A model generated the notes under the pieces. That model worked only from the letters and a program-made list of their open reading frames with translations, did not search any database and had not been told where the DNA came from. A DNA stretch of 53,756 bases from the sequence record NZ_CP033797.1. The stretch is one strand, 5' to 3'. A program made the translations under genes and the position numbers. Below, one piece after another: positions 38,182 to 48,072 of the stretch. Source of the DNA: a plasmid. Within the stretch, counting starts at the first letter, position 1. Each line of letters opens with the position of its first letter.

Positions 38182-38652
38182 TTATTTACTATGCCGCCAT
38201 TCCCACGGCGGCACTGGTTGACTGTCAGCCCACAGGCCGCGCTTTTGTTCCTGTGCTGCCCTTTGCAGAGCCGGTAATGAATTATCGCTGTTGTACTTGT
38301 CGTAAACCCATGCTGCACCAGATTGCACCATAAAGCGGTTGGCCTCTGTGCCGTTCGCCGTGAACACACGCCCGATAATACGCCCGTAGCGATCTGTCTG
38401 CGTATACGTCACCGTGACGGGCAGCGCTGCAACCAGGCCTTTAAGCTGATTGGTTGACCAGCGCCCGAAAGCCTGTTTCTTTTCCGGTGCATCGATGTTT
38501 GCCAGGCGAATCCTGACGGGCTTTTTATCCTGCAATACTTCGATGGTGTCACCATCGAGCACACGGATAACTTTTCCCTGAATTTCTGCTGCACACAACG
38601 TAGCTGGAAGCACGACTACAAAAAGAGAAAAAGCATAAAGAAAACACTTCAT
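38182..38652 (-). CDS. nuc: Secreted thermonuclease (SNase/micrococcal-nuclease-like)
   Basis: Signal peptide MKCFLYAFSLFVVVLPATLCA; ...RIRLANIDAPE... catalytic motif. Confidence 0.85.
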   Translation of the reverse strand: MKCFLYAFSLFVVVLPATLCAAEIQGKVIRVLDGDTIEVLQDKKPVRIRLANIDAPEKKQAFGRWSTNQLKGLVAALPVTVTYTQTDRYGRIIGRVFTANGTEANRFMVQSGAAWVYDKYNSDNSLPALQRAAQEQKRGLWADSQPVPPWEWRHSK

Positions 38653-38984
38653 CGTTTCTTTTCCTCCCACATGATAGTTCCTATCTTAAACAGTGAGAAA
38701 ATCACGATGATTGAAACACCAACAACTACCAACATAGGAATAATCAAGCTATACAAATTAATTGTATAATTAAAAAAACGCTCAAAGTAATAGTATTCAG
38801 ATTCAGATGTACTTCCCCATAAGATAACGGCGATACGATAAAACCCATAAACCAATACAGGGAACCAAGCCATAAAAAAGAGTAGCCGAGTAAACACTGA
38901 GGCAACCGTTTTAGAGTATCCTATGAAAATAAACAGAATATCACTGACTCTTCCTGCTGCTGATCCCATAATAATCTTCGCCAT
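38649..38984 (-). CDS. Small membrane protein (111 aa)
   Basis: Three predicted transmembrane helices. Confidence 0.45.
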   Translation of the reverse strand: MAKIIMGSAAGRVSDILFIFIGYSKTVASVFTRLLFFMAWFPVLVYGFYRIAVILWGSTSESEYYYFERFFNYTINLYSLIIPMLVVVGVSIIVIFSLFKIGTIMWEEKKR

Positions 38985-38989
38985 AATCT

Positions 38990-39193
38990 TTAATCCTCTT
39001 TATCCTGTTTCTCAACGTCACATTCATCCAGAAAAATTTTATCATTGCAATTAACCAGAGAGATGTAAGCGGTACAGTTTTCGATAATCGCATTTACTGT
39101 CTCATTACCTGTATTTTTCAAATCACTTAGATTCTGAGTAACCGTTACTGTTTGAATATTATGACGTGACATTTTTAAAATCATTTTATCCAT
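38990..39193 (-). CDS. Hypothetical protein
   Basis: ORF only. Confidence 0.3.
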   Translation of the reverse strand: MDKMILKMSRHNIQTVTVTQNLSDLKNTGNETVNAIIENCTAYISLVNCNDKIFLDECDVEKQDKED

Positions 39194-39261
39194 AACTAAC
39201 GTCCTTCGGTTGTTCAACCCCGCAAATCTCAGATTAAAATCTGAAATTTGCGGGGTTATCG

Positions 39262-39600
39262 TTATTCCTGGAATGAGCGACCATAGCGCTGAATAATCAT
39301 TTCCAGATTGTCTTTATTGATTACAGCGCCGTCACAGGTATTTAAGATACTTTGCCTAAGCCTTGCTGTGGCTTCAGGATTATAGTAGGGGGTAAAAACC
39401 CGGACATTGAAAAAGCGCTGATTAACTGTCTGACAGGCTGGCTGTGTATCCCCCTGTAATTTTCCGGCCATGCAGGTTAACAATTCACATGGATCACCCG
39501 TCTGGTTTAACCCGTCAGTGTGGTTATGCTTTTTGGCTAAAGCAGGCGTTGTCAACACAGCAAGAACGAGCGGAACTATAAGCACATTGCGAACATTCAT
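39262..39600 (-). CDS. Secreted protein (signal peptide)
   Basis: MNVRNVLIVPLVLAVLTTPALA. Confidence 0.4.
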   Translation of the reverse strand: MNVRNVLIVPLVLAVLTTPALAKKHNHTDGLNQTGDPCELLTCMAGKLQGDTQPACQTVNQRFFNVRVFTPYYNPEATARLRQSILNTCDGAVINKDNLEMIIQRYGRSFQE

Positions 39601-39604
39601 AATG

Positions 39605-40000
39605 TCATCCTTTCTGAAGATAGATATTGATGGATTTAACACCAAATTCATCACGCTTATATCGGTACTGGATTAATCCATATGCACCGTTAGACCTAAG
39701 CCAGTTTTTTGCAGTAAAGAAGTCTTCACCCCGGCTACTTTCAATAATAATTGAGTCTGAATGAGCAACAGCATAGAAAACCGCATCATCGTAAAGACGG
39801 TTCTCAGGAGTAAAGTTTTTTATAACCTTTATCCAGGATGAATTAACACGGTCAGATTTAATTACCGTAAAAGTAGGTTGCCAGTCCATTAACTGTGAAT
39901 TCATTGTTTCCGGGTTTTTCTTCCAGTCAACCTGTGGGGGTTCAGGAGGTGATGAACAGGCAGAAAGAAAGACAAAACCAGCCAGCACTATTCTTTTCAT
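39605..40000 (-). CDS. Lipoprotein
   Basis: MKRIVLAGFVFLSAC lipobox. Confidence 0.5.
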   Translation of the reverse strand: MKRIVLAGFVFLSACSSPPEPPQVDWKKNPETMNSQLMDWQPTFTVIKSDRVNSSWIKVIKNFTPENRLYDDAVFYAVAHSDSIIIESSRGEDFFTAKNWLRSNGAYGLIQYRYKRDEFGVKSINIYLQKG

Positions 40001-41838
40001 AATAAAACCTCAGATTCAAGCTCACCTACGGAAAGCATTTTTTCTTTTGAAGGGTATTTAAGCCCCTTAACACCAAAGATATTTTTTGTCTTGTTAAGAC
40101 TGGACGTTAAAGCAGCCAGCTTCGGACTTACCAGCATAAGCCTGTCCATAAAATACGAATCAAGGTAGTAAAGGGCTTTTTTGGCTTTAACAGGGTTCTC
40201 ACCCTTCAGGATGATAAACTCCTCTGAAAACTCCAGCGTTCCCAGCTCCTGTGGAAGTACCAGAGCGCGTTGAGCGTCACTTTCGGAATTGCTTTTTGAT
40301 GTCGAACGACCGCTCGTTTTACTGGAACCAGTAGACTTAGCGGTTGTATAACCAAGCTTCTCTGAAATCTTTTTAGCATCATCCTCTTCACTGACAGCAT
40401 AGATAATCCGGCAAGGGTGCGCACTCATCAGAGTCTTAGCTCCCTCTATACCGTAGATTTCATTAAGCTGGCTGATATTCTGATAAATCGTCAAAAGCTT
40501 GAGTTTAAAGCCTGCAATGTACCCCGAACCTTTTTTAATAATCGGCATATAACCAATTGAAGGGAACTCATCTAGAAACATTAAACAGTCATGCTTAAGC
40601 GTTGGGTCAAAATCCGGGTTTTCCCTCAATGTGACTTCAACGACAAAGTTAAAGAACAGGTTCAGGAAGTCATAGGCAAGGGACATATCCTCCGCATTCA
40701 CGCCAACATAAATAGAGATATCTTCCCGGCGCAGCTGGCGAAGGTCAAAATCATTACCGTCAGTACATTTTCTGACGGTAGGGAGGTAAAACAGACTCAT
40801 TTTTTTACGGAATGAACCATCGATACTTGAACGCTGTTCGTCTTCAGTTTCGTGGTACTCACGGATTTTCGTCAATGCATCCCGTAAGTGAAACAATGCC
40901 GTTTCATCTAATCCCGCTATCCCCTCAAAGTCTTCACGGTTAGCCAGTACGTTTTCCCGATCAATATTGCTGTAAAGGTCAACAACAGAACCGATTGAGA
41001 AAATGGGTTTAAGATTGAATTCGTTAAGCCAGTCAGGAGCGTAATTGATAAAAAAGTGAAGCAGTTTTGCAAGGCCAGTCCAGTATTGCCCGGCAAGGTT
41101 GTTAAAGTGGGCTTCGGCTCCCGTCATACCATAAGACGGGAACAGAATTTCTATCAGCTTCAGTAAGTCTTTAGCGCCACTCTCAGCTTTTAAATCAATA
41201 TAGAAAAGCGGGTTAAACTTATGCGTTTTACTGTTAAAGGGGTCTAACAAAAAAACTTTATTCTGGAGAATCACCTCGCGAACTTTACTGGTGATTTTCC
41301 ACAGTTCCTGTTTTGGGTCTAAAGCAATAAGAGAGTGCTTTCTTACCAGAAGATTAGGAATTCCTATTGCAGCACCTTTACCCGCGCGTGTACCTGCACC
41401 CAGCGAAACAAAATCAGGAGCCGTATACCAGAGATATTTTCCCTTGTAAGCGCCGACAAGTATATCGTCGTCATTCTCTTTCTCCCATTTTAGCAGCTTT
41501 GATTTTTTTAAATCATCATCGCTGGCAAATTTCGCATCACCATAGAGAGAAAAATCTTTTTTATTCAATTGCCAGATAATAAAAACGGGAACGATAACTG
41601 AGGCAGCTAAACCAGAAAGAAGAGCGGGCATTGCCGTAATTCTGATATCTGACCGTATATTACTTTCTGTCATGAGTCGCCAGAGTAACATAGAGTCGAA
41701 GTTCTTCCATATGAACAGTGGCGTTTTACCATTAAAAAAGTAGACAGCAACAGAACCTGCATAATACGTAAAAAGACACATAACAAAACCGATAAAGAGC
41801 CACTGCCCTTTATCAGGGAGTTTAAGAGACATGATCAC
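39997..41838 (-). CDS. taxB: Type IV coupling protein (VirD4-like) TaxB
   Basis: N-terminal transmembrane segments; Walker A GAGTRAGKG; 613 aa. Confidence 0.85.
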   Translation of the reverse strand: MIMSLKLPDKGQWLFIGFVMCLFTYYAGSVAVYFFNGKTPLFIWKNFDSMLLWRLMTESNIRSDIRITAMPALLSGLAASVIVPVFIIWQLNKKDFSLYGDAKFASDDDLKKSKLLKWEKENDDDILVGAYKGKYLWYTAPDFVSLGAGTRAGKGAAIGIPNLLVRKHSLIALDPKQELWKITSKVREVILQNKVFLLDPFNSKTHKFNPLFYIDLKAESGAKDLLKLIEILFPSYGMTGAEAHFNNLAGQYWTGLAKLLHFFINYAPDWLNEFNLKPIFSIGSVVDLYSNIDRENVLANREDFEGIAGLDETALFHLRDALTKIREYHETEDEQRSSIDGSFRKKMSLFYLPTVRKCTDGNDFDLRQLRREDISIYVGVNAEDMSLAYDFLNLFFNFVVEVTLRENPDFDPTLKHDCLMFLDEFPSIGYMPIIKKGSGYIAGFKLKLLTIYQNISQLNEIYGIEGAKTLMSAHPCRIIYAVSEEDDAKKISEKLGYTTAKSTGSSKTSGRSTSKSNSESDAQRALVLPQELGTLEFSEEFIILKGENPVKAKKALYYLDSYFMDRLMLVSPKLAALTSSLNKTKNIFGVKGLKYPSKEKMLSVGELESEVLL

Positions 41839-42878
41839 TCCTTCAGCTTTTCAAAGTATTCCTGAAAGTGAATATCGCGATAGTAAATACCCGATGCAAA
41901 GCGTAGATCTTCGTCATCAATGTACTTAATACTCATGATTACATCGACGTTGCTCAAAACCCTTCGCAGTATAATGTTATAGGGCAGATTCTGGCATTCC
42001 GGGTTCATATAACACCGCTGAACAAGGCCAAGCACAGCATTTTCAGGCGTGCTTTCATGTACCGTGGTTATGTTTCCTGCGTGGCCGGAACTTGAACCTT
42101 TAAGAAAATCCCAGGCTTCCGCGCCACGAACTTCTGTCATCAGTATCCTGTCTGGATTCATACGAAAACCAGAACGTAGTAGAGAGGCCGAGTTAACAAC
42201 GATACTTTCACCCTCTGACGGGTAATACAGCTTCACATGGTTTTTATGAAAACGGAATTTTGCCTCATCAGTATCTTCTATTGAAACACATCGCAGATGA
42301 TGAGGGATGTATTGCAGACAGGCATTTGCAAACGTGGTTTTCCCGGCTCCGGTTCCGGCACAGAACACCATCGTTTTACCTTTAACCAGACATTCAGGAA
42401 TAAACCGTTCAAAACGATTATCTTTAAACATTAAAGATAATTCGTCCTCTTTATTCCTGAAATCAGCGCCCTGATTTAGCTTCGAGTAGAAACCCTGTTT
42501 AACGAATGTTTCATGGTCAATAAAAACACTGGACGGCTTACGAATTGTGATTGATACCGTTTCACGTTCCGTTGCCGGGGGGATGACAATCTGTACGCGC
42601 TCCCCAAGGGGGAGCGTGGCAGAGCGCAATGGATATTCTGGCGTAACAGAACCCCCATCATGATAATCAGAAATTGCCCCAGCAAATGACATACAGTCAC
42701 CAAAAGTCATATTCGTTTGGTGTTGCTGCCATTTACCCCTGACTTTAACAAACAGTTCACCGGGACGATTTACGGCAATCTCGGTTAAACCCTCCACACT
42801 ATTTAGCCACTGATGAAAATAATCATTCACGATATCGTAAACAATATGGCGATTTTCAGTATTAATATCACCCTGCAT
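41835..42878 (-). CDS. pilX11: VirB11-like ATPase PilX11
   Basis: CAGTGAGKTTF Walker A. Confidence 0.9.
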   Translation of the reverse strand: MQGDINTENRHIVYDIVNDYFHQWLNSVEGLTEIAVNRPGELFVKVRGKWQQHQTNMTFGDCMSFAGAISDYHDGGSVTPEYPLRSATLPLGERVQIVIPPATERETVSITIRKPSSVFIDHETFVKQGFYSKLNQGADFRNKEDELSLMFKDNRFERFIPECLVKGKTMVFCAGTGAGKTTFANACLQYIPHHLRCVSIEDTDEAKFRFHKNHVKLYYPSEGESIVVNSASLLRSGFRMNPDRILMTEVRGAEAWDFLKGSSSGHAGNITTVHESTPENAVLGLVQRCYMNPECQNLPYNIILRRVLSNVDVIMSIKYIDDEDLRFASGIYYRDIHFQEYFEKLKE

Positions 42879-42889
42879 TACCTGACCTC

Positions 42890-44101
42890 TTATCGCATTT
42901 TCAGTTTATAGATACCTGAGAAATCCAGATCCTGACCGACAATCAGAGTAATAATCTCCCCCTGATTTTTATAAAGCGTTGGTGGAATATTCACACTGTT
43001 AGAAAAGGCTTCACGGGCGATATCAGCAAAAGCCTGTCGGCTGTTTGCGGTATAGTCCGTCTGGTTATCCTTATTGTTTTTAGCGGCTCCACTCGCCCAC
43101 TGAGCCACATCGGGGATCATGCCAACCATCATAGCCCCGGAAAAACGCTCCCAAAAATGCGTATCAATCCAGCCTGACGCTCCGGCCTCACCTAATGGCC
43201 CAGCCGCCTGTGTATCAATCAGCGGAATATCGATAAACGGTGCAGTGCGTGTTCTCAGTTTGGTCGCCATAAGGAATACAGCGCCCTGACCGTGCTGAAG
43301 GGAACCGGCTTTATAAATCACATGGGCGGCAGTTCCTTTTTCGATGAGTTTTACATTACCGTTGGCACTGTAAATGTCAGAATTAACCGTGCAGACCAGT
43401 TTTCCTGCGAGATCAGAGATAAACTTTCTGTCCAGTGAACAGGGTATGCCCGTATTTTCTGGAATAAATAGATTGGGATCATAGGGAACCCTGGTAATTT
43501 TCGACAGCGATACGGGCGCTCCGGCATTAACAGGCTCGACCTCCTGTGTCGTGCTGGTATTACCTCCACCTTTGGTTTCACTGGCTGTTTGTGTTGAGGC
43601 GCTGCCGGAACCTCCCGATGCCGCAGAGCTACTGCCACCATAAGACACATCAAGCGCACGGCTGAAGTTATGCTGTACGCTTTCTGGCGCTGCTTCAGCT
43701 TTCCCGCTGTTGTTATCCCCTTTTTTCTCTTCCTGCCCGCCCTGCGTCTTTTGGTCAGAATTAAAAGGGTCAACGTCATCGCTTAACCCGGTCTGACGCT
43801 TCACCGACCCCGTAGCCACATCACTACTGGCTGGTTTTTCGTCATTACTGGACATTGAACGGATGATGGAAGGGACATAATAGACGGATACCCCAGCAGC
43901 CAGCAGAACAAAGGCGGCCACAATGATGATTAGCCCCTTACGTGATTTTTTAAGCTTCTCGATGCCCAGGCTGTTAGCTGGCCGTCCTGAATCCTCCTCT
44001 TTATCTGTTTTGTCGGCCTGCTCAAGCTCTTTCTGTCGCCGTTCGCGCAGTTCCCGCTCAATTTCAACGGCGGTGAGAGTTTTATTTTCCTGTTCGCTCA
44101 C
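42890..44101 (-). CDS. pilX10: VirB10-like PilX10
   Basis: N-terminal transmembrane segment, proline/glycine-rich linker, conserved C-terminal beta-barrel region. Confidence 0.85.
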   Translation of the reverse strand: MSEQENKTLTAVEIERELRERRQKELEQADKTDKEEDSGRPANSLGIEKLKKSRKGLIIIVAAFVLLAAGVSVYYVPSIIRSMSSNDEKPASSDVATGSVKRQTGLSDDVDPFNSDQKTQGGQEEKKGDNNSGKAEAAPESVQHNFSRALDVSYGGSSSAASGGSGSASTQTASETKGGGNTSTTQEVEPVNAGAPVSLSKITRVPYDPNLFIPENTGIPCSLDRKFISDLAGKLVCTVNSDIYSANGNVKLIEKGTAAHVIYKAGSLQHGQGAVFLMATKLRTRTAPFIDIPLIDTQAAGPLGEAGASGWIDTHFWERFSGAMMVGMIPDVAQWASGAAKNNKDNQTDYTANSRQAFADIAREAFSNSVNIPPTLYKNQGEIITLIVGQDLDFSGIYKLKMR

Positions 44102-45027
44102 TGGATCACCTCTTTTTCAACTTTCGGAGATACGGTGTCTCCTGCCGGAAGCCGGACTTTGCCAAAGCCCCGATTTTCAACCCCGACAACCTGATTTCCG
44201 ATACGCAACACAAAACGCTGGTCTACAGGCACACCCACAACGGTAAAACTGCTGCTTTTCTTCACTACCGGATTAGTCAGGGTTTCCTGATCGCCGCTCA
44301 TGACAAAAATACTCGGGATTTTCTTCAGTGGGCTGAATCCAAACCAGGTATAACGGCCATCGTCATATGCATAATCCGGGCTGATATCCTGGCTACCTTC
44401 AGCAACTCGCTTCCAGTACTGCCAGTTGCGCGGAGATTTGGCATTTTCAAGCGCGTTGTTGATGGTTTTTTCTTCCTGCCGCTTGTTGTAAGCCTCAATC
44501 CTTTTTTTCTCGATCTCGGCCTGCTCTTTACGCCTTTCCTGCGGGTACTGGTAATTCACAACAAAAGCAATTTTATCCGGCTGGCGAAACGTCCGGGCGT
44601 TCAGCTCCATGCTGTAATTGCGTTTTGTGGTACGGACAAACAGGTTTGTTCGCCAGCGTTCCAGATCGGTTTCAGGGTCAAGAGCCACGTTAACGACTTC
44701 AGATGACTGCTTTCCGTTCTCGTCCGTGTTGTTGTTCTGCACCGTCTGTTTAACTGGCTTCACTTCGACATAAACAAGATTATCTTCTTTATTCACCGAC
44801 CATCCTTGGGGGAAGCCTGTTCTGGCACTGATAACAGTTTCGTCGTCATCAAATACCAGTGTGGTTGTATAGCCGACTGCACTGTTAATAACAGTCGTAT
44901 TTTGAGGGTTATAACTGACAATCTGGTTTCGTGGATCGAAGCGGCTTCCCGATGGCTGTACTGCCGCATTACAAATGTGCGCAGCCATCAGAAGCGCAAT
45001 TACTAACGCTCCTTTTCTTATTTTCAT
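44098..45027 (-). CDS. pilX9: VirB9-like PilX9
   Basis: Signal peptide; position and size within the operon. Confidence 0.8.
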   Translation of the reverse strand: MKIRKGALVIALLMAAHICNAAVQPSGSRFDPRNQIVSYNPQNTTVINSAVGYTTTLVFDDDETVISARTGFPQGWSVNKEDNLVYVEVKPVKQTVQNNNTDENGKQSSEVVNVALDPETDLERWRTNLFVRTTKRNYSMELNARTFRQPDKIAFVVNYQYPQERRKEQAEIEKKRIEAYNKRQEEKTINNALENAKSPRNWQYWKRVAEGSQDISPDYAYDDGRYTWFGFSPLKKIPSIFVMSGDQETLTNPVVKKSSSFTVVGVPVDQRFVLRIGNQVVGVENRGFGKVRLPAGDTVSPKVEKEVIQ

Positions 45028-45031
45028 ATTT

Positions 45032-45760
45032 TCACCCTTTAACTTCTTTATCGCGAACGTAGCTGGTTACAACGAATTTGAGCGGATTATTATTACGTTC
45101 ACCCGATGCCATTTCGACCTGTGGCTCAATCCGGTAAGTTAGCCGGATATTCCAGTATTCATCATTATTTTGGCCTGTCGCCACATCCCTGACGGTTAGT
45201 TTAAAGCGAACATATGCCCCCATATCCTTATCATCAGGACGGGATGACGGGCTGATAATGACAGACGGCTTATCTTGCACGGTAGCCGTTCTTTCAGCTT
45301 TTCTGTAAATGACTTTAGGTGAATTACTGCTATTGATTAGAGCATTATATTCAGTTGCCACATTTTCAGCGCTATAGAGCAATACATAATCATAGTCATG
45401 CTGAAGACTAAAATAGTTATAACCTTCGCGACGTTTAACGTACTGAGTGATAAAGTATTTTGCCAGCGCTTCATTTTCAGAGAGATTTTCTTTTTTAACA
45501 GAAGTCAGTCTTTCAGCAACGCCAGTGACACCATTAATAAGATAAGCTTCGACAACCGTACTCTTTAACGGAAGCGCACCATTCAGGGCAAGCAACGACA
45601 ACACACCAACGGCCATCCCGGCAATACCACCAAATTTATATATGCGGTTCATTTTCTCCTGTAACACTACATTTTTCTCTTCAAATGTGGTTGAAGAGTC
45701 CGTTACTTCTTTTTTCTTATTAAAACCGGGTAGTTTTAATTCTAGAATTTTAAACCCCAT
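45032..45760 (-). CDS. pilX8: VirB8-like PilX8
   Basis: Single transmembrane segment followed by an NTF2-like domain; operon position. Confidence 0.8.
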   Translation of the reverse strand: MGFKILELKLPGFNKKKEVTDSSTTFEEKNVVLQEKMNRIYKFGGIAGMAVGVLSLLALNGALPLKSTVVEAYLINGVTGVAERLTSVKKENLSENEALAKYFITQYVKRREGYNYFSLQHDYDYVLLYSAENVATEYNALINSSNSPKVIYRKAERTATVQDKPSVIISPSSRPDDKDMGAYVRFKLTVRDVATGQNNDEYWNIRLTYRIEPQVEMASGERNNNPLKFVVTSYVRDKEVKG

Positions 45761-45878
45761 TGCGCATTACCTCTGCTGAATTAACAGGTTCGCTTTTCCC
45801 GGAAACCGGAGGTTGTTTGTGCGACGCCTGACAACCAAACAGACAAAGCGTCACGAAAAACGTGATAATTAGTTTCAT
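45750..45878 (-). CDS. pilX7: VirB7-like lipoprotein PilX7 (42 aa; not in the ORF track)
   Basis: MKLIITFFVTLCLFGCQASHKQPP lipobox; stop overlaps the pilX8 start. Confidence 0.65.
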   Translation of the reverse strand: MKLIITFFVTLCLFGCQASHKQPPVSGKSEPVNSAEVMRNGV

Positions 45879-46000
45879 AGTAAAACCTGAGATTAAAGAT
45901 GAGTGAGAAAATAGAGTGGGATTAACTGGTAAAAAAAAGACATTATCAACTAGGCAGTAATAAAAAAGATGAAAATAAACATATATAATAAATTATTCAC

Positions 46001-47056
46001 CTATCCTCCATATTTCTTCTTAGCCATTTCGATTGCGGCACTACGCAGTTTTTTTGCACCAATGTTTAACCCCTGCCCGGTCAGATTACCCAGCTTACCG
46101 GACATTCCCGGAGACTGACCAAGCCCCCCTTTCTGACGACTAATGCCCTTCCATGCGCCAATACCTGCGTTTCTCCCCATGCCAAGAGCACCACGCGCCA
46201 TGCGGGAAGCACCAAATACGCCAGCACCTATCCCCATAGCAGCAGCTCCCTGCAATGCCCCCTCAACGCCAACACCAGCGAGCTGTGAAGCATAGGTTTT
46301 GGCCTGCCAGATAATCCATGCCATAAATAACCCTGCAACCCCAGCCTGAGCACCTGTAGATATCAGATTCAATTCATTTACATTAGTTATTGAGACTGAT
46401 AGCACTCCGTTAAGGAAAGTCATACCAGCTTTAATCGCCAGACCTCCAAATAGAAATATAAAGCATGAGCTGAATATTAATTGAAGCCAGCTATTAAACA
46501 TCTGACGTAAAAAACCGAATGACAGGCAAAGAATAAAAAGAGGCGCTGTAACAGAAAGTACTTTTAGCGTAACCTCTGCTGCAAGGTAAACAATCGAGGT
46601 AAGTAGCATAGCTAATATCCCTCCTGCATACGTCAACAAAGCAGCAATAGAACCATCAGTTTTTACGTATTTAGAAGTGTCTTTTGACATAAGATATTTT
46701 GCAACTTCAAGAACTTTTGTCCATAACTGATCAAGCCACTTCCAAGGATCTCCTCCGGCAAATGTTGTTTTCAATCCATCTATAGCCTGATTTGCACTAT
46801 CTAACCAACCCCCCATATTTCTGACAAAAACAAGAATCAGCCAAAAACGAAATAAATTCCAGATAAAATCCTGAACATGAGATTTCTGCTTCCCTACGAC
46901 TACTGTATAGGCATACCACAAAACATATATCGATATCCCATACTTTCCCAGCGTGTATGCTATTGATGAAAAGCTATCTAACTGACCAGCCAAAGACTGG
47001 TCAAGAACACTTACAATAACATCACGGGCTGTTTCAAAATAATCAGAGGTTGCCAT
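46001..47056 (-). CDS. pilX6: VirB6-like polytopic membrane protein PilX6
   Basis: Multiple transmembrane segments; operon position. Confidence 0.8.
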   Translation of the reverse strand: MATSDYFETARDVIVSVLDQSLAGQLDSFSSIAYTLGKYGISIYVLWYAYTVVVGKQKSHVQDFIWNLFRFWLILVFVRNMGGWLDSANQAIDGLKTTFAGGDPWKWLDQLWTKVLEVAKYLMSKDTSKYVKTDGSIAALLTYAGGILAMLLTSIVYLAAEVTLKVLSVTAPLFILCLSFGFLRQMFNSWLQLIFSSCFIFLFGGLAIKAGMTFLNGVLSVSITNVNELNLISTGAQAGVAGLFMAWIIWQAKTYASQLAGVGVEGALQGAAAMGIGAGVFGASRMARGALGMGRNAGIGAWKGISRQKGGLGQSPGMSGKLGNLTGQGLNIGAKKLRSAAIEMAKKKYGG

Positions 47057-47067
47057 AACAGCTCCCG

Positions 47068-47322
47068 TTAATTTTTATCTTTAACAATCCCCTTAAATGC
47101 ATCTTTAAAGGAAGGTTCTGCTGCATGTAATTGCTTATATCTAAACAATCCATCTTTAGCATTTTGACAATTGTCACTATCACTGCCAGAAGCCTTGCAT
47201 TCAGCCACCTTCTTTTCGGCCTCAAGATGATGTTCTTGCCACCAATCAGCAGATTTAACATCCTCACATCCAGCAAGAATAAGAACAGCACCAGTCAAAA
47301 ATGCAATTTTCATCTGTTTCAT
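47068..47322 (-). CDS. eex: Entry-exclusion lipoprotein
   Basis: MKQMKIAFLTGAVLILAGC lipobox; located between pilX5 and pilX6 as in IncX plasmids. Confidence 0.65.
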   Translation of the reverse strand: MKQMKIAFLTGAVLILAGCEDVKSADWWQEHHLEAEKKVAECKASGSDSDNCQNAKDGLFRYKQLHAAEPSFKDAFKGIVKDKN

Positions 47323-47330
47323 GTTTTTCC

Positions 47331-48065
47331 TTATTTCATCTGATAATCGTTTGCAGAAAACGCTCCTTTAAAAGATGGCTCTTCTGCATTTAACTGCTTT
47401 TCTCGAAAAGCAGCCTGTAGCATGTTCTCCTTGTATTCTGCAAGATCGCGCTGCTTATCGCGATACATTTCATACTGAAATTTGAGCTTCTCGAACTTCA
47501 GGTTCTCCAGAGAGACAGCATTAGTCGCGTCCTGCGTAGCTTTTGTGTCCTTCGCGTTTTTAACCTGGTCGATAAGGTCTTTCATCGACTGGTTGTCGCT
47601 ACGCAGCTTTTCTTCAAGCTGATTACCGTACTCAACCCCTGCCAGCTGGGACAGGAACGTCGCTTCACAGCCCCGAACCTGGTTACCTGTGTACCCCAGC
47701 CCTTTACAGGTATCCGTTACCTTGTAGTCGGAAAGCAGCGATTTAGCCTGCGCAGAGAGCACAGCATCAGGGTTTTTAATGTAGTCATCGATAAATGCAT
47801 TACCCTGGTCGTAAATCTGTGTTAGTTCCTTACTGACAGACTGTGCGTCCTGAACCAGCCCCTGAACGTCACGGATACCTGTTTTCGTTAACAGCTCGTC
47901 CTTATAGGCCGTAAGCTCGTTCTCCCACTGTTTGGCCTCTTTTACCCACTGCGCCGCCGTATCTAACGCTGACTTTGCATCATGCACAATCACCCCGCTA
48001 CCTATAGCAAAGGCGCTTGCCGAGCAACAGATGAGCGTTGCGGCCAGAAATTGTTTTTTCATCAT
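47331..48065 (-). CDS. pilX5: VirB5-like minor pilin PilX5
   Basis: Signal peptide; operon position; coiled-coil. Confidence 0.75.
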   Translation of the reverse strand: MMKKQFLAATLICCSASAFAIGSGVIVHDAKSALDTAAQWVKEAKQWENELTAYKDELLTKTGIRDVQGLVQDAQSVSKELTQIYDQGNAFIDDYIKNPDAVLSAQAKSLLSDYKVTDTCKGLGYTGNQVRGCEATFLSQLAGVEYGNQLEEKLRSDNQSMKDLIDQVKNAKDTKATQDATNAVSLENLKFEKLKFQYEMYRDKQRDLAEYKENMLQAAFREKQLNAEEPSFKGAFSANDYQMK

Positions 48066-48072
48066 ATTCACC